A stretch of 64,000 nucleotides of DNA, taken from a bacterium (GTDB taxonomy: Bacteria > Chloroflexota > Anaerolineae > Epilineales > Epilineaceae). The stretch's first letter is position 1, and the number at the start of each line of letters is the position of its first letter. The position numbers were made by a program, and so were the translations under genes. Shown here piece by piece: positions 50,101 to 57,872 of the stretch. The stretch is from positions 641 to 64,640 of the forward strand of contig QEVT01000001.1 of NCBI GenBank assembly GCA_003576755.1. The letters are read 5' to 3'. Below the pieces are notes generated by a model. That model was not told the DNA's origin. It worked only from the letters and a program-made list of their open reading frames with translations, and searched no databases.

Positions 50101-50914
50101 TGATCCTGGCGTTCCAGCCCGTCGCGGCACCGCCGATGGCGTTGTTGGTCAGCGAGGCCGCGATCCCCGCGACGTGGGTGCCGTGCCCGTGATCGTCGCG
50201 GGGGTCGGGGTCGTTGTTGAAGTGGTCGTAGCCGGCGACGCACTTGCCGCGGAGGTCCGGATGGTCGCAATCCACGCCGGTGTCGATGATGGCGATCGTG
50301 ACCCCGTCGCCGTGACTGAAGTCCCACGCTCGGCTGCTGTCGATCTTGGCATGGTGCCACTGCTGGGCATACAGCGGGTCGTTGGGCACTTCCTGCGGGC
50401 CGGCGGGCCCGTCGCCGCGTGGGCCCGCCGCCTCGGAAGGCGCGATCGGCGGCCCGTCCGGCCAGCCGAACACCGACGCCAGGTAGTCCGGTTCGGCGTA
50501 CCGCACCACCTTCTCGTTGGCGTACACGTTGGCCATCGCCAGCGCGTCCGCCGAGAGCTTGAGGACCTGCACGCCGATCTGCGGGATCTCCCGGATGACC
50601 TGGGCACCGTACTGCTCGTGCAGTGCCTGCTTCACCGAGTCGCTGACGCCGGGCTCAAACCGCACGATGAGGTGATCCGGGATGTAGCCCGGATCGGCCG
50701 GCGGGGTGGGGTCGTCGTCGCGTCGAGCCGCAGACGGGTCGGCCGGTGGGATCCCCAAGGGCGCCGGCGGCACGACCCACGGTCCGGGCAAGGGGGCTGC
50801 GGGGCCTGTCGGCGGCTCTTGGCCGTGCACCTGGCCCGGCAGCGGCCGACCCATCGGCATTCCCAGGCCGACCAACATGCTTGCGACGACGACGACTTTC
50901 CGGCACATTATCAT
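47183..50914 (-). CDS. Secreted subtilisin-like S8 peptidase fused to two CAP/SCP(PR-1-like) domains and two copies of the 'QFDL...LPxGA' module
   Basis: Catalytic triad motifs DTGVDCDHPDL, HGTHVAG and GTSMASP. Two CAP-like segments (...MNSAGHRAIIL... and ...WMGSAAHRDRIL...). PT-rich linkers. Start trimmed to MIMCRK, with an AAGGGGG RBS. Confidence 0.8.
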   Translation of the reverse strand: MIMCRKVVVVASMLVGLGMPMGRPLPGQVHGQEPPTGPAAPLPGPWVVPPAPLGIPPADPSAARRDDDPTPPADPGYIPDHLIVRFEPGVSDSVKQALHEQYGAQVIREIPQIGVQVLKLSADALAMANVYANEKVVRYAEPDYLASVFGWPDGPPIAPSEAAGPRGDGPAGPQEVPNDPLYAQQWHHAKIDSSRAWDFSHGDGVTIAIIDTGVDCDHPDLRGKCVAGYDHFNNDPDPRDDHGHGTHVAGIAASLTNNAIGGAATGWNARIMPVKALGSSGNGGLAAIGNAVVWAADHEADVINMSLGGFFTSRALQDAVAYAIGRNVPVIAAAGNESTSNPTYPASYTGVVGVAATTQSDTRASFSNYGSYVDVAAPGVGILSTVRGGSYQAWSGTSMASPVVAGVAGLLMAQGPCRTPKQVEEILEQTADDIGTRGPDQYFGAGRINAGKALALQTNPCGGPGTPVATSDPNPVGSTATPGAPTPPPSAVPPPNGDCSAQVEGLINRQRANFNLGPLASNPALRRAADGHALDMAIMRRCTHTGSNGSDPFDRMTEQGYASPYGEIVACGQTSPDAAVQAWMNSAGHRAIILCPRCTEVGAGCRTTSDGYRFYWAVNFGSARVTAPSPTLPPRPSGTPTPTKPAASPTPPPPTAIPTSIPGHVDVVLRPARNRIGWVVSSEPTGNHFDSSYTYTGTWNDRYYHGAMQFDLGELPAGAYIHFARLTLTGQPSDRVNKLGTWSVNVLETDVDAGFEAHAYPRIHGAVVDAKLLPLLNADDIDNGVRNVFSLSPSQLAVLQARLAGSRRLSLRMDGPTGGDFANLASWHTGYGPDSQIDLAPELWINYTIGTPQAVPTATATEPLPPSATPLPPTAGPSPTPTETSPPPTATATAPPPLPTALPTATLIPPLVTPPTPGFNAIDIPALPSDTGWVRQFEVGNHLGDPNTYTGVYQRTVYHGMTQFDLSAVPPGASIQEVHLILTGNYAERLSPYGNGQWEIRLLAADVDPGWQLHGFDRISDADELATLLPVLRQSDLDAGRANVFALRESEVREVEWRAATTGKVSFRFDGPRVGPSNIFSWDAGPSGTPPRLSIVYGPPRSDQPLPNVPTDEQRIQAIVDGINAERAKAGLPGLALSAALRRAAEQHTWDMTSHRFFDHIGSDGSTPAERVARAGFRASAVEQLIAGNSGSAELVVAAWMGSAAHRDRILSRQMTHIGAFYDHAPGSPLGHYWTVDLAAAAP

Positions 50915-51475
50915 GACCCCCTTCGTGGGTACGGCGCGCACCGCCCGAGCACCCGGCGCCACCACGGCCGCCCAAACGGGCGTAACGACCGGGCGTGCGG
51001 CGCCGTTACGTCTTCCCGAGAGACACCCGCGCGGATCAGGTCCCTCCAAGAGCTCGGGCAGGGGCAGACCTGGGACCCTTCAGCGAGGGTGTCTCTCGCT
51101 TTGTTTACCTCTTGCGTCGCCGGCCCGATCGCGCGACTGCCGCGCGGGGTGTCCTCGCCCCGCGAACAACACGACCGATCCCGCCTCGCGAAGAGGCTGG
51201 CAGCCCTGGATTGCGCGGACGGCCCGACTCGCGGTCGGTGCCCGCGCGGCTTGCTGGCGGCTGTGGGGTGGGGTGCGCCGCCTCGCTGCCCGGCGTACGG
51301 GCGACCGGAGCGGCGAGCGACGTGGGGTGTTACGACGTTCATAATAATAGCACGCCCGCGATTCTGCGTGACGCCCGCCCCGTCGCGTGCCGACGGCCTA
51401 CCGACGCCCGTCCGACGGCCTGCCGGCGAAGCCAGTCGGGTCGTGGCCGGCCCAGGCGTCGGCTATACTCTAGCC

Positions 51476-54241
51476 ATGACCGCGTCCCCCGCTTTCCGGC
51501 GCGTCTGCGCCGCTGCGGCCGTGCTCGCCGTCGCGTTCCTCGGAGGGGGGAGCGAGACGGAGGTCGGCGCACAGTCCCCCTCCGCCGACGAGGCGATCGC
51601 CCGTGCCGTTGACGAGGCGGCCCGAGCGATGTCGCCCGAGCAGCGCGTCGGGCAGCTCTTCCTGGTGTCGTTCGACGGTTCGGACGCCGGCGATGGCACC
51701 GCGGTGGCCGCGCTGATCGACGAGCAGGCGGTTGGAGGCGTGGTCCTCGATCCGGCGCGCGACAACTTCAGCAACGCGCCCGACGCCCCCGTGCAGGTGG
51801 CCCGACTTGCCAACGCGCTCCAGTCACGGGCCGCGCGGCGAGGGGCACCCCACGTCCCGCTCTTCATCGCGCTGCCGCAGGTCGGCGACGCCTTTCCGGA
51901 CAGCCCGCTCTATGGCGGCATGACGCCGCTGCCCAGCCCGATGGCGCTCGGCGCGACGTGGCGCGTCGACCATGCCGAGATCGTCGGTGCTCGCCTCGGC
52001 GTCGAGCTGGCCGCTGTCGGGGTCAACCTGCTCCTGGCGCCGAACGTCGACGTGATCGCCGTGCCGCGCTCGTCGACGTCCGGCGATCTCGGCGTGCGGG
52101 CGTTCGGCGGCTCGCCGGCCTGGGTGGGGCAGATGGCCCGCGCGTACATCGCCGGCGTGCACCGGGGCAGCGAGGGACGGGTGGCGACCGCGGCCGGCAG
52201 CTTCCCCGGCACCGGCGCCGCCGACCGCAGCCCATCCGACGAGTTCGCGGTGGTCGAGGGTGCGTTCGAGCAGCTGGCGGCGGTCGAGCTGCCGCCGTTC
52301 GTCGCCATCGCCCGCAAGGATGGCGACGGCACGACCGACGCCATCGTGACGAGCCACGTGCGATACCGCAACATCCAGCAGCAAGCGGATCGGCCGTTCT
52401 CGCTGGACAGCGGCGGCCTGCGTTACCTGCTCGGCCAGCTTCCGGAGCTCGACGCGTGGCGCCATCCGGCCGCCGATTCGGGCGCGGTGGGCGGGGTCTT
52501 CGTCAGCCCCGGCTTGGGGCAGGCCGTCGTGCGGCGTTACATCGACCCGGAGCAGGCGGTGTTCAGCCCCCGGCGACTGGTGCGTGAGGCCCTCCTGGCC
52601 GGCAACGACGTGCTGGTGGTGACGGGCTTCGGCCCGCCGGGGCAGGTCACGGATGACCGCGCCAACATCGCCGACGCCGTGGGCTGGCTCGTCGGCGAGT
52701 ACCACGCCGACGAGGCCGTGCGGTCGCGGGTCGACGACGCGGTGCGGCGGATCCTGGCGCTCAAGTATCGCCTCTACGGCGGCCTGCCGGCCGAGCCGGT
52801 GACCGTCGATGCCGAGGGGGCGGTTGGGCAGACTGGGCTGGGCGGCGACGAAGTGGCGGCGGTGGCGCGGGACGCGGTGACCCTGATCTCGCCGGCAGAC
52901 GGCGCGGCCGTCCGATCGCCCCAGCCCGGCGACCAGATCCTCTTCGTGGTCGACGCGCGCCCGATCCGAGAGTGCGCCACGTGCGACGTCCGGCTGTCGC
53001 CCGACCCCGAGCAGGTGCTCGGCATCGTGCGGCGGGCGTACGGGCCGGAAGGCAGTGGCACGGCCCGGCTGCGGCGCAACGAGGACGTGGCGGCCATCAC
53101 GTTCCGCGATCTCAAGCTGTGGTTGCAGGCGACCGGCAGCGTGCGGGCCGAGGACACGACCGCGCTGGTCGAACGCACCGCGGACGACACCCCGGCCGCG
53201 GCCATCGCCGAGCGTATCGCCGCCGCCGATTGGCTGGTGTTCGCGATGCGCGACGTGCGGCCCGCCGACGCGCCTGCTTCGGACGCGCTGCGGCTCTTCC
53301 TCAAGGCCGAGGTGTCGCAGGCCGAAGGCCGACGCCTGGTGGCGTTCGCCCTCGGCGCACCCTATCACCTCGACACCACCGAGATCGCCAACCTGTCGGC
53401 CTACCATGCGGTCTACGCGAGGACGGCACCGTTCATCGAGACCATGGTTCGCACCCTGTTCGGCGACGTGTCGCCGCATGCGGCCAGCCCGGTCTCGGTG
53501 CCCGGCATCAGCTACGACCTGACCGACCGACTCGAGCCGGCGCTCGACCAGCGCGTGAGCCTCGAAGCAGTGGGATGGGACGGCGAACGGCCGATCGAGC
53601 TCGGCGGGACGTTCCGGATGCGGACCAGCCCGATCCACGATACCAACGGCAACATCATCGCCGACGGCACGGGCATCACCTTCCGGCGCTACGACCGCGT
53701 CGACGACGTTTACCTGGCCGACGTGACCGCCCACACCCTCGCCGGGCGAGCGATGGTCACGCTGCGGGCCGAGCGCCCGGGGGAGATCGAGGTCACGGTG
53801 GCGCGCGACAACACGCTGCTCAGCGAGCCGCGTGTGGTTCGGATCGTCGGAGACCTGGGTGCCGTCGGGAGCACGCCTCCAGGTGACACCGATGGGCCAT
53901 CCGCGCTGCTCCGCCCGCGCGTGGCGGTGGATTGGGGCATCCTGTTCCTGAGCCTGAGCCTCGTCCTGCTGGCCGGCGTGCTCGTGTACGGGGCCGACGC
54001 GGAGGCCGCGCGCTCCCCGACCCGCCTCGTGCGGCTGTTCCTGATCAGCGTCGCGTGGGGGCTCGCCGGCTACCTCCTGGTGGCGGCCGGCGGCGTGCAG
54101 CTCGGCGCGCTGCCGCTCGGCGCTGACCTGTGGCCCAACGGCTGGAACGTGGCCTATCAGGCGCCGATCGCAAGCTTCGTCTTCGGGCTTCTCCCGGTGG
54201 TTCCGACGCTCGGGCGGGCGCTGCGGCGCGGACGCCCGTGA
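51476..54241 (+). CDS. Glycoside hydrolase family 3 protein (NagZ/beta-glucosidase-like) with extra domains and C-terminal TM helices
   Basis: A signal-peptide-like N-terminus, a GH3 N-terminal domain (EQRVGQLFLVSF...VGGVVL), and three C-terminal hydrophobic helices. It is the 3' portion of the huge 49283..54241 ORF, whose N-terminal part is antisense to the S8 gene. Confidence 0.75.
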   Translation: MTASPAFRRVCAAAAVLAVAFLGGGSETEVGAQSPSADEAIARAVDEAARAMSPEQRVGQLFLVSFDGSDAGDGTAVAALIDEQAVGGVVLDPARDNFSNAPDAPVQVARLANALQSRAARRGAPHVPLFIALPQVGDAFPDSPLYGGMTPLPSPMALGATWRVDHAEIVGARLGVELAAVGVNLLLAPNVDVIAVPRSSTSGDLGVRAFGGSPAWVGQMARAYIAGVHRGSEGRVATAAGSFPGTGAADRSPSDEFAVVEGAFEQLAAVELPPFVAIARKDGDGTTDAIVTSHVRYRNIQQQADRPFSLDSGGLRYLLGQLPELDAWRHPAADSGAVGGVFVSPGLGQAVVRRYIDPEQAVFSPRRLVREALLAGNDVLVVTGFGPPGQVTDDRANIADAVGWLVGEYHADEAVRSRVDDAVRRILALKYRLYGGLPAEPVTVDAEGAVGQTGLGGDEVAAVARDAVTLISPADGAAVRSPQPGDQILFVVDARPIRECATCDVRLSPDPEQVLGIVRRAYGPEGSGTARLRRNEDVAAITFRDLKLWLQATGSVRAEDTTALVERTADDTPAAAIAERIAAADWLVFAMRDVRPADAPASDALRLFLKAEVSQAEGRRLVAFALGAPYHLDTTEIANLSAYHAVYARTAPFIETMVRTLFGDVSPHAASPVSVPGISYDLTDRLEPALDQRVSLEAVGWDGERPIELGGTFRMRTSPIHDTNGNIIADGTGITFRRYDRVDDVYLADVTAHTLAGRAMVTLRAERPGEIEVTVARDNTLLSEPRVVRIVGDLGAVGSTPPGDTDGPSALLRPRVAVDWGILFLSLSLVLLAGVLVYGADAEAARSPTRLVRLFLISVAWGLAGYLLVAAGGVQLGALPLGADLWPNGWNVAYQAPIASFVFGLLPVVPTLGRALRRGRP

Positions 54242-54292
54242 ACGGCGACGCCTGGCGAAAGGATGCGCGCTGCGCGAGCGTCGGCGCGGGGC

Positions 54293-55345
54293 TTACGGTC
54301 CGGCTTCGGCGGTGCCCGTGGCCTGCACGGCGCCCTCGAGCAGAACGCCGCGCTGGCGCTCCGCCTGCCACGTCGTCAAGATGGTGAGGAGCAGCAGGAG
54401 TCCGACGAGCGCGAACAGCGCCGCGTTCTCCCACAGAGCCGCACGCCAGGCTGCCGGCGCCGTGCCGAGGTCGATATCCGCTTCGATGGGGGCGCTGCCG
54501 ACGAGCAGGCCGCGCAGCGCTTCGACGTTGGCCGGGCGTTTCTCGGGGTGCAGGGCCATGGCGGCGAGGATGGCGCCCTCGACGCGGCCGGAGATGTCGG
54601 GGTTAAGCCTTCGCGGGCGCACCAGCGCGTTGGGGAGGAGAAACCGTTCCTGGGCGGTGGCGGGCGGCCGTCCGGTCAGCAGGTGGTAGAGGGTGGCCCC
54701 GACGCCGTAGATGTCGGCCCGGTGGTCGGTATGCCCGTTGTCGCCGGCGTACTGCTCGAGCGGCGTGTACGGCAGCGAGCCCACCCCGCGGGCGACGGTG
54801 AGCGTGCGTGGATCTTGCGGGTCGAGCGGTTTGACGAGCCCGAAGTCGACGAGCTTGATCCGGTCGCCTTCCATCAGCTTGATGTTGGCCGGCTTGATGT
54901 CACGGTGGAGCACCGGGGGGTCCTGGCGGTGCAGGTACCCGACGACGTCGAGGATCTGCTCGGCCCACTGGAGCACGCGCGCCTCCGGGAGCATCTCGTT
55001 CTCGGCCCGGGTATCGTCCACGACTTGACGCAAATCGGGACCGGCCACAAAATCCATCACCAAGTAGTCGAACTCATCGCGCTCGAAGTAGTCCGACACC
55101 TTCGGCAACGCCGGGTGATCCAATCGGGCCAGCACGCTGGCCTCGCGCCGGAACTGCTCTTGCGACTCCTTGAGCATGTCGTCCGATTCGTAGGCATCCG
55201 GCCGGATCTCCTTGACGGCCGTGACGCGGCCTGGCAGCCTCAGGTCGTCGGCGCGGTAGACCGCACCGGCGCCGCCTTGGCCGACGAGCTCGACGATACG
55301 ATAGCGCCCGCGCAGCACGGTGCCGCCGGGCAGCGGAGTTCTCAC
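54293..55345 (-). CDS. Hanks-type Ser/Thr protein kinase with C-terminal TM helix
   Basis: ELVGQGGAGAVY glycine loop, VAVK-like lysine (VTAVKEI), HRDIKPANI catalytic loop and a DFG motif. The start is uncertain; I used the GTG at 55345. Confidence 0.7.
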   Translation of the reverse strand: MRTPLPGGTVLRGRYRIVELVGQGGAGAVYRADDLRLPGRVTAVKEIRPDAYESDDMLKESQEQFRREASVLARLDHPALPKVSDYFERDEFDYLVMDFVAGPDLRQVVDDTRAENEMLPEARVLQWAEQILDVVGYLHRQDPPVLHRDIKPANIKLMEGDRIKLVDFGLVKPLDPQDPRTLTVARGVGSLPYTPLEQYAGDNGHTDHRADIYGVGATLYHLLTGRPPATAQERFLLPNALVRPRRLNPDISGRVEGAILAAMALHPEKRPANVEALRGLLVGSAPIEADIDLGTAPAAWRAALWENAALFALVGLLLLLTILTTWQAERQRGVLLEGAVQATGTAEAGP

Positions 55346-55457
55346 GGAGCCAACCTTACGGTCGTCCCGGGCGGGTGTCAAGTCCACCCGGACGCGACGC
55401 AAACACCCACGAGCGGCGCGATGCCGCCTCCGCCGATGATGCGCCCGGCGGAGGGTC

Positions 55458-57008
55458 ATGGATGCAAGGAACACACCGGTGAAACAGAAGCACGGTCGCG
55501 GTGATGCGCGACTGGCCCGCGCGCGGGAGCTGATCGAGCTCGGTCGGCCCGAGGGCGCCCTGCCGCTGCTCGACGCCTGCCTGGCCGGCCCGGGGCGGGG
55601 CGAGGCTTTGGCGTGGCTGCTGCGCGCCGAGGCCCGGCGCCTGGTCGGCCAGGCGGCCGCCGCCGTGGAGGATTACGAGGCCGTGTTGGCCCATGCCTCC
55701 GACCTGCCGGCTGAGCACTGGCCCGTTTGGGTGCGCGGCCTGGCCCGCATGCCGGCACCTGCCGCGTGGTGGGCGGGGACCGGCCGGATGGCGGCCGAGC
55801 TCGATGCGGCCGTCGAGCGGGAGCCGGAGCAGCCGGCGCTGTACCGCGCGCGCGGCGAGTGGCTGCGTGCGCGCGGCATGCTCGAGAGCGCACTGAGCGA
55901 GTTCGTCTACGCCGCCGAGATCGACGACGACGATCTCGAGGCCTGGCTCGGCCAGGCCGACTGCGCCCTCGCCCTCGCCCAGATGGACATCGTGGTGGAC
56001 GCGTTGGACCGGGCCGTCGACCTCGACCCCAACAACATCGACCTGTTCGTGCGGTTGGCGGAGGCCCGCCTGGCGTACGGCGACGCCAGCGGGGCCATCG
56101 CGGCGTGCGAGGAGGGCATGGAGCTGGCGCCCGACCACGTCGACCTTCGCCTGAGCCGTGCCCGCGCGGCCTTGGCCCTCGATCTGCCGGCCGATGCCGT
56201 GGAGGACTGCCGGGCGGTTCTGGCGCGGGCGCCGCGACGGCTGCCGGCGTTGTTCCTGCTGGCCCAGGGCCTGTTCCATGTCGGTGACGACGACGCCGCG
56301 CTGGCGGCGGTGGAGGAGGTGGTGGCGCGTGCGCCGGACCATGTCGCGGCGCTGCGCCTCCGGGGAGGCGTAAGGGCGGCGCGTGGCGATATCACCGGCG
56401 CGGAAGAGGACTTCGAGCGGGTGCTCACCCTTGCTCCCGGTGACCTGGAGGCCCAGATCAGCCTGGTCGAGACACGGCTGGCCCGCGGCGATCGCCACGG
56501 CGCCGCGACCGCGGCGCTCGACCTGGTGGCCCGCCACCCGGATCGGCCCGACGTGTGGCTCGTCGCGGCCGACGCCCAGGCCGCGCTCGACGCCCCGGCC
56601 GCCGTTCGCGACCTCCTGGATCGAGGCATCGACCGCCACCCGGACGTGCCGGAGCTGTACGCCGAGCGGGCCGAGTGGCTCTTGGGCGTGGGGCTGAATC
56701 AGCTCGCGATGCGCGATGCGCGGTGGGCGGTGGAGCTCGATCCCGACGACGTCGAGGCCCATGTGCTGGCGGCGCGGGCGGCGATCGAGGTGGGAGACGG
56801 CACCGAGGCGCTCGCGGACCTCGACATGGCCCTCGAGATGCAGCCGGAACACGGCCAGGCCCTGGCGTGGCGCGGGCGGGCGCTGGCCGTCGAAGGCGAT
56901 CGCGAGGCGGCCGAGGCGAGCTGGGCGCGGGCCGAGGCCGTGTTGCCGGCAGACGACCCGTTGCGGGACGCGATCGCAACTTGGCGGCGCCAGGCGCGGC
57001 GTCGCTGA
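55458..57008 (+). CDS. TPR-repeat protein
   Basis: Repeated about 34-aa Ala/Leu/Asp-rich TPR-like units throughout the protein. Confidence 0.65.
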   Translation: MDARNTPVKQKHGRGDARLARARELIELGRPEGALPLLDACLAGPGRGEALAWLLRAEARRLVGQAAAAVEDYEAVLAHASDLPAEHWPVWVRGLARMPAPAAWWAGTGRMAAELDAAVEREPEQPALYRARGEWLRARGMLESALSEFVYAAEIDDDDLEAWLGQADCALALAQMDIVVDALDRAVDLDPNNIDLFVRLAEARLAYGDASGAIAACEEGMELAPDHVDLRLSRARAALALDLPADAVEDCRAVLARAPRRLPALFLLAQGLFHVGDDDAALAAVEEVVARAPDHVAALRLRGGVRAARGDITGAEEDFERVLTLAPGDLEAQISLVETRLARGDRHGAATAALDLVARHPDRPDVWLVAADAQAALDAPAAVRDLLDRGIDRHPDVPELYAERAEWLLGVGLNQLAMRDARWAVELDPDDVEAHVLAARAAIEVGDGTEALADLDMALEMQPEHGQALAWRGRALAVEGDREAAEASWARAEAVLPADDPLRDAIATWRRQARRR

Positions 57009-57691
57009 TGGCCCGGATCCTTGTCGTCGACGACGATGTCGACATCGTCGATCTGGCCGAGCTCTACCTGCGTGGCGAGGGCTTCGACGTCGTGCGCGCG
57101 GCCACCGGCCCCGAGGCGCTGGCGCGCGCCGCGAGCGATCGGCCGGACCTCGTGATCCTCGACCTCATGCTGCCCGGCCTCGACGGGTGGGAGGTGTGCC
57201 GACGGCTGCGGGCCGAGAGCCGGGTTCCGATCATCATCGTGACGGCCCGCGGCGACCCTGTCGACCGGGTGGTCGGCCTCGAGCTCGGCGCCGACGATTA
57301 CATGGTCAAACCGTTCTTCGGGCGCGAGCTCGTGGCGCGCGTCAAGGCAGTGCTGCGGCGCAGCGACGTCGCGCCGGTTGGCGACGGCACGGTGCGCGTG
57401 GGCAAGGTGGTCATCGACCCCGCTCGGCGCACCGTGATGGTCGAGGACGAGCCCGTGACGCTGCGGGCCCGCGAGTTCGACCTCTTGCACTACCTGGCGC
57501 GCAACGAGGGGTTGGTCCTCTCGCGCGACCAGCTGCTCGACAACGTCTGGGGCTTCGATTTCCTCGGCGACAGTCGGACGGTCGACGTGCACATCGCCCA
57601 CCTGCGCAGTCGGATCGACGGGACCCGATCGGTGGCGATCGAGACGGTGTGGGGTGTGGGGTACAAGCTGGTGGTGAAGGGCGACGGTTGA
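57008..57691 (+). CDS. OmpR-family response regulator
   Basis: Receiver domain (ILVVDDD...DLMLPGLDG) plus a trans_reg_C wHTH domain. The ATG overlaps the upstream stop (TGATG). Confidence 0.9.
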   Translation: MARILVVDDDVDIVDLAELYLRGEGFDVVRAATGPEALARAASDRPDLVILDLMLPGLDGWEVCRRLRAESRVPIIIVTARGDPVDRVVGLELGADDYMVKPFFGRELVARVKAVLRRSDVAPVGDGTVRVGKVVIDPARRTVMVEDEPVTLRAREFDLLHYLARNEGLVLSRDQLLDNVWGFDFLGDSRTVDVHIAHLRSRIDGTRSVAIETVWGVGYKLVVKGDG

Positions 57692-57872
57692 GCGTGCCGA
57701 CCGGCACGGGCGGCATCCCCGTGACCGGCACGCCCCGGCGCCCGACGGTTGCGCTACAATCACGGGCATCGACCATGCGCAGGCGCCAGACGAGCCGCGT
57801 CCGGCGTTGTCTGCCGCCGGATGTGCAACGCGCCCGGGTGCTCGTTGCCGGCCGCACGCTCAGGCTCCGGAC

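Noticed and set aside
49283-51475. N-terminal 730 aa of the 1652-aa ORF 49283..54241
   Set aside because: This portion runs antisense through the S8 protease gene, which has intact catalytic motifs. The real gene is the 3' GH3 portion starting at ATG 51476.
54263-57769. ORFs 54263..55504 (+), 55356..56852 (-), 56699..57769 (-)
   Set aside because: These are antisense to the Ser/Thr kinase, TPR and response-regulator genes respectively, each of which has diagnostic motifs. They have no independent support.
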